DNA from: Antedon mediterranea
Taxonomy: Eukaryota > Animalia > Echinodermata
Reading direction: 5' to 3'
Assembly: GCF_964355755.1 (NCBI RefSeq)
Contig: NC_092672.1
Location: forward strand, 12,214,001-12,278,000
DNA: 64,000 nt
Under the pieces are notes generated by a model. That model saw nothing but the letters and a program-made list of their open reading frames with translations, ran no database searches and was not told the DNA's origin. How positions within the stretch are numbered: position 1 is the stretch's first letter; every line of letters begins with the position of its first letter. The position numbers and the translations under genes were made by a program. This document shows positions 39,701-49,551 of this stretch, in pieces.

Positions 39701-42700
39701 GGCCTAATACGATTCCATCTTCCTTTTTCTAGTTATAATATTCCTACCTAGTCTTAGTTTAGTCACAATGTGTCTATGTTTCTAATTTTAATTAAGTATT
39801 CTTCCATAATTCCAACATAATTTATATTGAATGCGTGTGAAATATTGGAGTTTATAGAGAGTGTATTAACCTATTATCTCATAGAATTGTGTCGTTCAAT
39901 AAGCCTCGCCTTTGTTTAAATTTTGAAATAAAAAATATTGTTGACCTGTTGAGCATGCCATGTTGCCAAATCCATTTATAGGCCTACATAATAAGTTTTA
40001 CATCATTCACCCAATTCGCTCATTTTGTTACGCTTTTCTATGTTGAAAATCGTAAAATTGTTTAATGATTTTTTTATAATCTATTTGGCTTACTCTCAGC
40101 CACTAACGAATTCAATTAATGATACTTTGAGTTTGGATAGGGAATTTTCGATATTCTCCTCTCACTGCATCACTTGGTGCAAAATTTTCTATTCCTAAAA
40201 GATATTTTTATTCTAAAATCAAAATATAATCCAAGTGGTATGAAGACATTGTTCATCTGCTGGAAAACTACAAGTCAGTCGATGCTACAAACTACAAGGG
40301 TTCGGAGAAGTCAAGCAGGCAGAAATGCATTATATCTCAGATGCTAGTGAAGTAGTATGTGGTCAATGCATGTATTTAAGATTGATGCCCTCATGATAAT
40401 ATTTCTTCTATTTCGATATCAAGTGTATGTAGCTAACCGGGTATACAGCAAATCAACGATGTACCTTCCATAGAAAACATCTTCTAATCCGAGTGATATA
40501 GTCAGTAGAGCCGTGCGTGCTAACAGTAAGCAATTGATTTGAGATACCGGATGGGTGAGTAGTTCTACACTTCTTCACCAGGTAGTTCTTAACAAACAAA
40601 GGCGGTTGGCCGAAATCGATGACGAATCGCGTATAACGTTGTTGCTTCAGAACTAAAATATATTCGCTCATTCCACACTAATGTTGACAAAGTTACTTCA
40701 GAATGGGTTTATGACAGATAAAATGAACTATAAATCACATTAAATGTATTGAATGTTCATTCCCCTTAGAGGAACCAACACGTAGTAAGGCATATTTTTT
40801 AGATATGCCTATCAAAGGTAAACTTAACAGTGATACAAAACACATGCAATAATTTAATATGAAAAGATTGGTGTAAATATTGCGAGGAGCCATGTACCGG
40901 CAGTATGTGTAACTGAGTTAATGATTATGTAATTGTTGTTGAAGATTATGCTCATCGGGAATAATTTGCATAAAATACCATGTTAGCCTACGTATATTAG
41001 AAATCTCACTAGCTAGTGTAGTTAGTTGAGACGATGCTATCGTCAGCTGCACGATTTTTAATATATTTTAAATTGTAGTTTTGCTTTGATAATAATTGAT
41101 TTTAATTATTATAATACAGAAGGGTTAGCAATGAACACATTTTAAAAATACTACTTTAGGCTCTTGTTCAATCTAAAACGCTACAGCTACACAATTTTTA
41201 ATATATTTTAAATTGTATTTTTCCTTTGATAATAACTATACACTTTTCCAAAGAAAAACACATTAAACAAATCTAGGATTTGCTTATAACGGGAGATAAT
41301 TCAAATAATTACGCTATGGATTTTTAAATAATTGTATAAGAGTAATTTACAATGTTTGTTGCTGTGACTGAGGCTCCGTTGGCTATGAGACTGTTGACTA
41401 TCTTTACATTATTCCTGCCAGACTCAAGGTGTTCATGTAGCGGTGTGTATCCATCCTGGAAAGAAGAAAGTTAGTATTATTATATTTCATATTTTTCTTT
41501 TCTACATTCATTTTCTAATTCATTAAGAGGGAATATAAATTATATAGAAATACCTGGTATTAAGAAAATAATGACTAACTGATTTCAATTAAGACATGCA
41601 GATTATTTAGCAATGATCATCAACAGCGTCTTGTTTAATCGAAAATTCGACAGCTGTACATGATGTTTAAATATCGTAAATTATATGGTGATGGTTAATA
41701 ACTTTAAATAATATAATTTATTAAATTAATAAACATATTCCTACGCCTAGACATCTCGTTTAGATTCAAGTAAACTTTAATGAATACTGAATTTGTAGAT
41801 CTGTATGTATTACCAAACCACCTTCAAAACATAATTGCAAATTCCAACAATACACTCTACGGTGAATTCTATAAATATTTTGTTATATTATTAATCTACT
41901 ATCCATCCCACCTTCATCCTACAATGAAAAAAAAAGTTACGTAATTCGTTTCTCCCATTTGCTATGAGGCTTTTGAATGCAAGCTATGTGTATGTATCGA
42001 GTTATATGACATTTGCCTTTTTATTATATTTGATGCATTTGTATTTTATCCTATAGGTGTCGTACTGTCTGTATTTTACCAATTTTGTTTTAACTACTAC
42101 GAATAATATCGTTAATGATTTTAAATAATAGTAAATCTCTTTCAACGCTACCAAACTGTATCAATAAAGTGTCGTACTGTCTGTATTTTACCAATTTTAT
42201 CATATGAAAAGATTGGTGTAAATATTGCAAGGAGTCATGTAACGGCAGTATATATTATATAATTCGCTGTCAGATGATACTTCACACTTGAAGTATCTAG
42301 GCATGATGAAGTGACCCCTAGACTTGACCTTAGCAATAAAATAAACTAAAGTGACTGATATGAAACACAGACTCTGTAACAAAAAAATAATATTTGTATT
42401 TGTAAAAAAATAAAAGAAACGTTTAATTATAACTCAAAAACCATTGTCTGACAGACAATTTAAGTATTGTTTGCTTTAAATTACATTTTTTCAGGTAAAA
42501 TAACTATTATGTGACAATAAAATGACACATATTCAAACACAAATTTGAAATAAAAAATATTTTTCAGAGGGACAATATATCTTTAAAACTGTTACGTCAA
42601 TAAGCGAGCAGCGTTTTTTGTAAGAAATATTTCTTGTAGATATGCCTATCAATGGTAAGCTTAACAGTGATATAAGACAACAAAACACATACAATAATTT

Positions 42701-43397
42701 AATATAAAAAGATTGGTGTAACTATTGCAAGGAGCCATGTAACGGCAGTATGTGTAACTGAGTTAATGATTATGTAATTGTTGTTGAAGATAAAAACCAT
42801 GTTAGCCTACGTATATTAGAAATCTCACTAGCTAGTGTAGTTAGTTGAGACGATTCATCGTTATTAAATGTATGTTATGTCATACTATTATACAAAAAAT
42901 TATCTCCATTGTGGCATGATTACACGCAATCTGTCTTTCTATTACGTTTTATCTCAACTCAAAGAAGTGGCAAGTGAGACCGTAGTTATAGTATAGAGTA
43001 GATTGTCTGTTTGTTATTGGTTCTTAGTAATGTTGTCATACATTATATAAACGTTTTCGTGTTTTTCACCCTTGAGGTTACCGTAAACATGGTGATTATT
43101 TATATCATATTCAAATTCAAATAAATATAGTTTCTATACCTTATCTACAGAGTTCACAAGATGTGGATATGTTTTACATATTTCTTCAATTTCTTCCAAA
43201 TCTCCATATCTTACAGTTCTTAGCAATACGTTTCTGGAAATAAAGAAGATAAAAATGAATCATGGCAAGAATACTCGGTCGATGATGTTAATATGTTTAT
43301 TTGTCATGTTTCTAAACAATAATAAATACAATTTTCTTTGAACTATTTAACATATTATACGTTTGTTGGATATAAAATATAAAGCTTACTTTGGCAT
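3183..43397 (-). CDS. Multi-exon ROCO-family gene: ANK repeats - Roc - COR - tandem DED (~1359 aa, 27 coding exons, no kinase)
   Basis: Hand-spliced exons in transcript order (+ coordinates): 43390-43397, 43140-43233, 41351-41455, 34142-34246, 33633-33737, 32843-32947, 32299-32403, 31512-31616, 30964-31068, 30076-30183, 27900-27984, 27523-27679, 26276-26379, 25712-25882, 25385-25537, 22273-22440, 21635-21849, 21129-21254, 15509-15703, 14995-15240, 13995-14189, 13689-13850, 13277-13579, 12644-12724, 12341-12548, 12061-12096, 3183-3712. All junctions are GT-AG, phases are compatible, total is 4080 nt with no internal stop. Motifs: TPLH ankyrins; PVEILARG; P-loop GKEGAGKTS; STDGI; WDYAGQ; LVATHMD; COR IPLKW/YLNDIGVIMY/FLVP; tandem DED. 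Small exons could be missed, and there is no transcript support. Confidence 0.85.
4693..5830 (-). pseudogene. Frameshifted C-terminal fragment of Academ protein (left arm)
   Basis: ORF pieces 5592-5825 (LDG.AII..L...SKTF; RLDL.F.....SLKSGTRSNR), 5151-5456 (EEADERMF) and 4693-5154 (P.NWG; Cys8). Confidence 0.75.
5924..6838 (+). pseudogene. Inverted second copy of the same Academ C-terminal fragment (right arm)
   Basis: Reverse complement of ~4740-5695, with deletions. ORF 6106-6384 reads EEADERMFFHVKHAA...VKTVDSDVVVI. Confidence 0.75.
7063..10065 (-). pseudogene. LINE ORF2 (AP endonuclease + reverse transcriptase), split by two frameshifts
   Basis: APE motifs HLNLRSL, ISETWL, GGGVAIY, VYRPP, VGDLN, PTR, IDLIF, SDH. 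RT motifs NYRPIS, NQSGFR, FLDLKKAFDTVDH, GVPQGSILGPLLF. One extra base breaks YADD (ctc ta[a]t gca gac gac, ~7902). A second frameshift lies near 9200. Confidence 0.92.
10118..10903 (-). CDS. LINE ORF1 protein (coiled-coil + L1-type RRM/CTD)
   Basis: Intact 261 aa with EQYSRRNCLIIQGI, IDRSHRLG, R.IIVKF, IYIHENLT and VWTQDGRI motifs, directly upstream of ORF2. Confidence 0.88.
   Translation of the reverse strand: MAGKNTRKGGKKDSGKECCELNTDTAPVIDVEPLTITVQNEISNIIKGNTSIFNDLAEEIVSIVKHQLIESITQIVTDAAIEAIRFELDDTKDRLSKVEQQVDNLQYELDEAEQYSRRNCLIIQGIEEKQGEITDNIVLDLFKKKLSVEVDKTCIDRSHRLGPKVKKNGRARGIIVKFSSYNVRNEVYRAKKKLKGSHIYIHENLTSKRSSLLRTVKQNYASVVSAVWTQDGRIHTIITGSNEKVVLSRTSDLKQLPKCKR
12341..15240 (-). CDS. 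COR-domain exons of the ROCO gene (14995-15240, 13995-14189, 13689-13850, 13277-13579, 12644-12724, 12341-12548)
   Basis: IPLKW...; AIAYLNDIGVIMY...V; LWKKL..EGILEEKLL.HLW; MKTFGLL; FLVPC; FLPDSVYNTLVV. These are typical COR-A/B motifs following Roc. Confidence 0.8.
14351..14557 (+). mobile_element. Short non-autonomous Helentron/HINE (DINE-1-like) element
   Basis: ttttaatcgcgtggacgcgactctata 5' palindrome, (GTCG)n microsatellite, subterminal cacgcgact, and ggccttgttt 3' end in T-rich flanks. Confidence 0.7.
15509..27679 (-). CDS. Roc GTPase-domain exons (G1 27523-27679; G2 26276-26379; G3 21635-21849; 21129-21254; G4 15509-15703) with a long low-complexity insertion
   Basis: SRCMFLGKEGAGKTSCVKAMLG; PSTDGI; TIWDYAGQLDYYITHR|FFLTNRVSYCVAFN; MFWIRSI...PPICLVATHMD. 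Confidence 0.9.
15866..19446. mobile_element. Non-autonomous PIF/Harbinger-like TIR element (~3.6 kb), probably with nested sequence
   Basis: TIR cgcccgtattcttaaacc.gactttagtcgtagt / actacgactaaagtccggtttaagaatacgggcg, flanked by TAA on both sides. No convincing ORF. Confidence 0.75.
19610..21013. mobile_element. Non-autonomous Academ-type element with long TIRs
   Basis: TAGTCCATGGG...CCCATGGACTA termini, 3-bp TSD TTA, TIRs of several hundred bp, and internal repeats of the arm sequence. Confidence 0.75.
23812..25376 (+). mobile_element. Non-autonomous Helentron-like element
   Basis: Starts aactagaatttaattcgtcactttgacgaatt (hairpin) followed by ataggtgat. Ends aataggtgatcattt...aaatgatcgcctaat (hairpin reusing the subterminal repeat). 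Confidence 0.55.
26390..27170. repeat. Intronic ~410-bp tandem duplication containing (CAT)n-rich microsatellite
   Basis: aatgaactccaaaaggt occurs at ~26393 and ~26801, and the following sequence stays collinear in both copies. Confidence 0.8.
28960..29098 (+). mobile_element. 3' end fragment of an L2-type LINE or related SINE
   Basis: tgtaaagcgcatt...aatgcgctatat stem-loop followed by a (TTA)n tail. Confidence 0.5.
29195..29852 (-). mobile_element. Non-autonomous Helitron
   Basis: Minus strand begins A|TC (29852) and ends gcggagcacgggttgctgCTAG|T (29195). This gives TC...CTAG termini inserted between A and T. Confidence 0.6.
30076..30183 (-). CDS. Ankyrin exon A8: KGNTPLHEHVRTGTSGNIEIVNSLIAHGASLKARNK
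   Basis: 108 nt, phase 0-0, ttccag| ... |gtaccg. Confidence 0.9.
30964..31068 (-). CDS. Ankyrin exon A7: DGNTPLHGHVQVGSGNIEILNRLLAHGAFITATNN
   Basis: 105 nt, phase 0-0, canonical splice sites. Confidence 0.9.
31512..31616 (-). CDS. Ankyrin exon A6: HGATPLDAHVMHGCGNVEIVNSLIAHGASITATNN
   Basis: 105 nt, phase 0-0. Confidence 0.9.
32299..32403 (-). CDS. Ankyrin exon A5: NGNTSLHEHVQVGSGNIEILNRLIAHGASITATDN
   Basis: 105 nt, phase 0-0. Confidence 0.9.
32843..32947 (-). CDS. Ankyrin exon A4: DGNTPLHVYVWLGRGNVEILNSLIAHGASITATNN
   Basis: 105 nt, phase 0-0. Confidence 0.9.
33633..33737 (-). CDS. Ankyrin exon A3: IGNTPLHTHFRSAQGNVEIVNSLIAHGASITATNN
   Basis: 105 nt, phase 0-0. Confidence 0.9.
34142..34246 (-). 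CDS. Ankyrin exon A2: DGNTPLHEHVMYGRGNLEIVNNLIAYGASVKATNN
   Basis: 105 nt, phase 0-0. Confidence 0.9.
34606..38178. mobile_element. Non-autonomous Academ-type element inside the ankyrin array, with an internal ~120-bp tandem repeat (~36050-37250)
   Basis: TAGTCCGGTGGCAGGAGGGG...CCTCCTGCCACCGGACTA termini, ~160-bp TIR, 3-bp TSD TAT. The duplicated intron at ~41795-41810 shows the empty site. Confidence 0.8.
38363..38769. mobile_element. Solo LTR (407 bp, 5-bp TSD GCAAG)
   Basis: TG...CA termini. Empty site ttttgaatGCAAGctatgtg at ~41971-41990. Confidence 0.75.
40230..40390 (+). mobile_element. Decayed BEL/Pao retrotransposon pol (RNase H) fragment
   Basis: Translates EMHYISDASEVVCGQCMYLRL, matching the BEL/Pao ELH.FSDAS..GYG.C.YLR motif. 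Confidence 0.55.
41351..41455 (-). CDS. Ankyrin exon A1: DGYTPLHEHLESGRNNVKIVNSLIANGASVTATNI
   Basis: 105 nt, phase 0-0. Flanking introns are homologous to those of A2. Confidence 0.88.
43140..43397 (-). CDS. First coding exons: MPK|NVLLRTVRYGDLEEIEEICKTYPHLVNSVDK (ankyrin N-cap)
   Basis: Exons 43390-43488 (ATG at 43397, preceded in frame by TAA) and 43140-43233. The sequence fits an N-capping ankyrin (L...V..GDLE.I......P.LVN..DK) and joins A1 in phase 0. Confidence 0.7.
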
Positions 43398-46300
43398 TTA
43401 AAAAATGCAGCCCCCCTCAGTTTGAAGATATAACTTATTCATCCATTGAAAGAAGTGCACTCTGTAGTTGCCAATCATTTTGTGGTTGCTGAAAAATGAA
43501 ACATAAACTTTAAGCATAATGTATTTTTATTATTTTATTTTCTGTTCATTTTTCAATATTTCAATATTTTGCAATACTAGAAGTTCTTCTTCTAATATTT
43601 CATATTAAATTGAAAAATGAAGAGTAAACAAAAATGAAATACATTTGTATATTTTAGGCCTAATTGTCTTAGAAGAATTTACAAGAATTGATATTTATTC
43701 GAGCAGACCAACCATAAACGGCTTTGTTCTAGTATATCATTTACTGTCAATATTCGTATTGTTGTCAAAGCATTGTACCAATCATTTAATAAAAACATGT
43801 TAGGATTTATATACATGTTTCAAGTTTGTATTTTAACATAAATTATATAATTCCCGGTGGGAGCTAATAGATAAACTGCCGATATCAGATATAAGAAGTT
43901 TCTTCCCAAAGGTAAGAAACATATCATCTCTTCTCGCCTTAAGTGAAGTAAGACACTGCCTTGGTCCTGCCAGACCCCAAAATAAAAGTTCGACTATAAA
44001 CCCAATTACATTGTAATTAATTACAAATGACCTAAAAGATCTATACATATACACTGCTTTGGTTCTTCCGACAACCACACTCCAACAGATAGACATCCCC
44101 TACCTATTGCTGATAGAATGATCTAGCACATTGTAAGGAATATAAAATAAGCTATTACTAACTACCTACTTTGCATAGTACTGCCTTAGTTCTATCATCC
44201 CCATGTGAATATAGGCTACAATATCTCATCTGAGCTATCTTTTGGTACCAGAATATAAATACCAATATTCCCGCAAGAAATAAAAACAAATTTAATTGTT
44301 TAAAGTTTATGTATATTAGTACATTCATCTATTTGCAAATTAGAGTCATCAAAATTATCATAAACAAAAATAGATTAAAACCATTATAAAGGGAAACTTT
44401 AACAGTTTCTTTTAAAATATATAAGCTAATAATAAAATCTCACTTTTCAAAGTATGATGAGGTTGGAATCCACAATCTAACATATTTACTGACCAAACTC
44501 AATTTTACAGAAAATAACTTAAAAATAATAGTTGTGTTTAGGTACAGTATATATATATTTATATTAAACCGATGGCAACCATAAAATCGGTGAGAAAAAT
44601 ATGGATTATTCTGTAAATTTACACGATTAGATGGTTACCTAAAAACAGTATATTTTTACATTTAAAGTTTACTGTCCTAGTCATTGCTCCACTCAGACCC
44701 AGAACTTGTATCATCTTTACTGTTTTCGGTCACAGATACATCTTCAAAAAGGTTGTCTGAATGCCTATTTAGGAAACCAGTCAGACATATAAGCGAAATA
44801 GAAAGCTGTATTTTACAGTATTGAAACAACTAGTATTTACTAGAACTTTAATTTTTTATTTCTAAATAGTAAACAGTATACAAAATAATTATAAATAGTA
44901 GAAACTCACACACGTCACTGCATTATAGTAAATGTAGTGTACTATTCATTATGTATTCATGTGCAAAATCCTAACATTGGTAGCCGGTGGCATATGCAAT
45001 ACTGTATCTAATGTACAGTAGGCTCCATGGATCCGGGGGTTTGTAATCGAAATTTAGCGGGCTCTTTGGTATTCCAATGTGCTAGATCATATGGTTGCTG
45101 ATGGTATCTACAATAGAATAGCTTAGTTGGGAGAAAGGGGGTCTCTATAGTCAAATTTTAGAGCGTCTGGTACTTGCGGTGCCGTGGACAATTAGTCTGT
45201 TGTTACCCATTTAGTACTGTATGAACTCTACTTATTTATTTTACATTGATTGTGAGTGGTATCTCACTCATATATACTGCCCATTCTTTAGGTCCTCCTT
45301 AGGGGATCTGGAAGGCTAATTGCAAGAGATAAAATATCTGTCGTTTGTGAATTTGGTAGGAGAATGTCATAGTATATAGTGATGAAATTACAGTAGGTGG
45401 TATCCCACGTCTATACGCAGCAGAGGGATACCCGACAGGGCATAGGGAAATACGTAATAAAAAAAAATAGATATACAAAAAAAAAAGTTAATTGTCTACA
45501 ATGTATTTGACAAATTTGCACATAGCAAGATACGATACCTACCCAACCATGTAGCATAGCATTAGCAATAAAATAAATTTAGCGATTCAATATTTAATAA
45601 CAATAGCAATTTTAAGCTATGGATACGAAACTGCATTATGGAATATTTAGATTATTTTTTATACCAAAATAGTAATATTTGGAAATTTGATTTCGTATTA
45701 TTTACATAATAAGTAGTGTTTACTTATTTACTACATAAAAAACTTGGTCGGAGATTTTTTGGCGGTTTTCCCCCTCTAAATCTCTTTTCTTTATCTCTCA
45801 AGTTATTCTGCATTTGAGCCTATTTTATTGGATTGTCATAATCTTTTTCCATTGTATTTATTTTATTTAGTTTTATTATTGATGTTTTATTTGTTTTTGT
45901 AATTAGCTATCGTTCTAAACGGTAGTATCCTAAATGTATGCATAAATAAATCAAGAAATCGATGAGCACCATGTTGCAATAAGCAGAATTCGTTTCTTCT
46001 TCGACTTAATTTAATTCAATATTTGGATTCAATTCTGTCGATATGTCATTGCCACAGTGACAATTATATTAAATGACTACATATCAACATCATGCCTGTA
46101 TCTGTCATTCTATGTGGACGAATGTATCTAACATTTATTTTCAAAGTTGTGAGAACATCTGTGGGTACTTAACAAAGTTATTTTTAATTTCGTAAACATT
46201 CCAAAACCTTTAGGGCAGCCTAAGAATTGGGCGATGATGTAGGCATAAATGTACCCCAATTTTTAATATGTTGCAAATCTATAGTAGATTTTAACTGTTT

Positions 46301-49300
46301 AGTGTAATTCATCATTACATTTTAAAAACAAATAATTATAAATCATACATTTAACATTATAAGTAACTAAATTATTCAACCAACCGTACCAATTGCTATA
46401 TTTAATGGACTACATCAGTTACAATCAATTATATGTATTTTAGAAACAATTTAATAATTATAATTTAACTCTAAACTATAACGAATATCCTGTGTGATAA
46501 TTTAAAGGTCATCTACTGTAAAATTGAATATAATATTGTGATTTATTTATCATTATAAAATTGTTTATAAAATATATTGATTTAGTGTTTTGAGAAATGT
46601 TTTCGTTTAACGAATCTGTAAAAATTACACGGTCCGCTAAGAAAAATTTTAGGCTTACCAATCTATAATAGAAAATGTAATTTTTATTTTTATGTCCGTT
46701 ATCTGTTTATGAGAAGTTTCAACAATTAGGTCTACTTGTCTACTAAGTAATACATTGTTTTGCTCTATTTTGAATTTAGTAGGCCTATAACATTATGTTC
46801 AAAACAGGTGGAAATTCATTTAGTAATGTTCCAGTATATTTTATAAACAATTAAATTACGTTTATTCATTCTTTGAAAACGTAATATATAATGTATTGAT
46901 GTGTTCGTTGTCTTCGCATCCTGTCTTTATCTTCTTACAAAGGAATGCAAAACAAAATGGCTAGCGTATTCCGAATTTAGGTCAACATTAAGACTTGTTA
47001 TCGTACATTTACAATAGAGTGTGTAATCTTACAGTAATCTCTCATGATTATATGTTTACGGTAATACAGTATTTCAATAAAATAAATACTTACAATTCAT
47101 CTTATAAGTAAATATGATTATTCCTTAATTTAAATCTTTTATTTCTCTCGTGTTGCCGTGTATGTGTACGACTAGTACAATATCAATAACATTGTTTGTG
47201 ACTAGATTGGTACAGAGAATACCGAGTCATTTGTTCTTGATCTGAAGTACAAGTCTAGTCTAGTAACGAAATGTGTACATGACCTTCAAACTCTAACTGT
47301 TCTTTACGCCCTAAAACACTCAATTACATCCGGGGTTTTAACGGCATTGCATTACCATTCGCACTTTATAGAAACAGATCAGAGATCAGCTGAAAGTAGG
47401 AAAAAAGCCACCCCTGTAAAAAGCCACCACTGTTAAAAGCCACCCAACAATGGACTATACCATTTCAAAATGGGGGTGCTATGTAATCAACTTGTATTTA
47501 ATTGTGTGTTATGAATAGGAATGTAGCATGACTTACAACATTTTCTTAAATATAAATTTGGAATACTTAGGACTGACAAATGTAAACAAACGACACAAAA
47601 ATAAGAATCAATTTTTAATCAACATTTATTCAATTTAATTTGAAATCTCCAAATAAAAAATATCACATAGTCCTTATACAATGAATAAGTATTGATATTA
47701 TAAACATTCTGTCTAACTAAAAACATTACATTAAATTGATTGAATAAATAAATAAAGTACACAAAATTATATTTAATTATATCAGTTTAACAGTTTTGAG
47801 AGATAATAATTGTTTTATATTTGCAAACACTGTACATTAAATACAAGACGTGGCATTGGTCGCAAGTTACTTTAATCGTATGGCATGCATAACCTAGTGC
47901 AGTCATAGTTTGATATAATGTTTTGGCCTGTCGGTTGTACTTAGAAATTATGTTATAGAGTTGCTCCTGGTGTTTAACTGTTGATTTGGTAATGCGTTTA
48001 GATGGCACTGGTTGTCATCGCCTTACAAGTTCAATTAAAGTCGCTGAAGATGCTTCATCTCTTTTGACTGCATTGATTGATCACCAGATAGATGGGTTTG
48101 TATGACCAGTGTTGTTAAGATGCTTTCTATTCTAGGATTCACAAATGTTGTTTGTCCTCGGTTCACAGTTTTTAATGTCAGGTGATAAACATTCCATAGG
48201 TCTATGTCAAACATTGGTGGGATCCTTCTGAATATGTGTTGTTCGCCTGGTTGTGCCATGTGATGCGAATATGTTCCGTTGACATAAGTTGTATCAAAGT
48301 AGTCAAGAAAGTCCTCTAATACTTCAGGTGAATTTTCCCGTAGGTGCTGCATACTGTACCTTCTTTGACCTAGATAAAACAAAGATTATTTATGAGTAAA
48401 GTAGAATGATCAATGTTCCAGATAATTCTTAATTTGAAATCATGTAAGAGTCATTTTTATGTTTTAAAGTTATGGTGCTACAGTACGAATAAATGTTCAA
48501 ATTAAATTGATAAAAGAAATCAAATAAAGGGACATGACAACATAGCTTGTAGAACAATTAGATAGAAAAAAGTTATTAAATCAATTATTAAAGCAGTAAA
48601 ATTATAAAGAAACATTATAGGCTAAATGAACAAGTAAAAAATCACCATCTTGAAATGCATAATTCTATGTGAACGGAAGGTGGAAATTAAACAAATAAAT
48701 ATAAATAAATATATTGTAAAGATAACATACCAGCCTTATCTGAAGGCAGGAAAGCGAGACCATCTACCGTTCCACAGAAGTGCTGCATTTGCTCGTCTTC
48801 CATGTACATTGAAGCAAGGCCGAGAGTCTGCAGCTTTCTCCATGAAATTGTGTCAAGTGGTAAAAACATCCGTGAATGTTGGTGTTCTCTCCAAAAACTG
48901 AATAAATTTCCCCCATCATGCTAACTTCAAAGTCCATATTTATTAAGGTTGGGTTTGGTACATAACCTAGTAGTCTACATTGATCAACAATGGCAGTAAG
49001 AAATTGTTTGTAATGTTCTTGCAATTTTGATGTAAGTAGCGCATATACAGTTGTTATCGAATTGTCTTCTAACTCAACGCGAATCACATACAATTGCTTA
49101 TAGAGTTTTGGGCTGGTTTTAAATGTTCCATCCATAAACCAGGTTGTTGAATTGCATAGGTTACGCAAACCATCCGAAGAAGTCAATATCATACTATCTT
49201 ATCAAGACTATTTTTACTTGAATCAAGATTCGCAATATTCTTAAAAATACTTATTTTGAGAAATGTTTTACTTAAAATAAGAAGTCAATATCATACTATC

Positions 49301-49551
49301 TTATCAAGACTATTTTTGCTTAAATTGAGATTCGCAATATTTTTAAAAATACTTATTTTGAAAAATGTTTTAATAATTTAACTAAAAATAATAGATACAG
49401 CCAGGCCTGTCTTTGGGATCGGTATAAACAGGGCAAAGTTTGTGATTAAAAAGTTCAAATGCATATTCCACCCACCCTTATGTCTTATAATGTAAAATTA
49501 TTCTTACCACCGTTCTAATATTGCGTGTTTTTGTGTTTACCGCCCCAGATA

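Noticed and set aside
43140-43233. N-terminal death domain or kinase (DAPK1-like gene)
   Set aside because: The exon reads as an ankyrin N-cap, and I found no kinase motifs upstream in the window, so no DAPK or LRRK symbol is assigned.
47088-47100. Candidate 5' UTR exon donors (gtaagt on the minus strand at ~47090 and ~55232)
   Set aside because: A donor-like hexamer alone is not enough; the TSS and UTR exons cannot be placed without transcripts.
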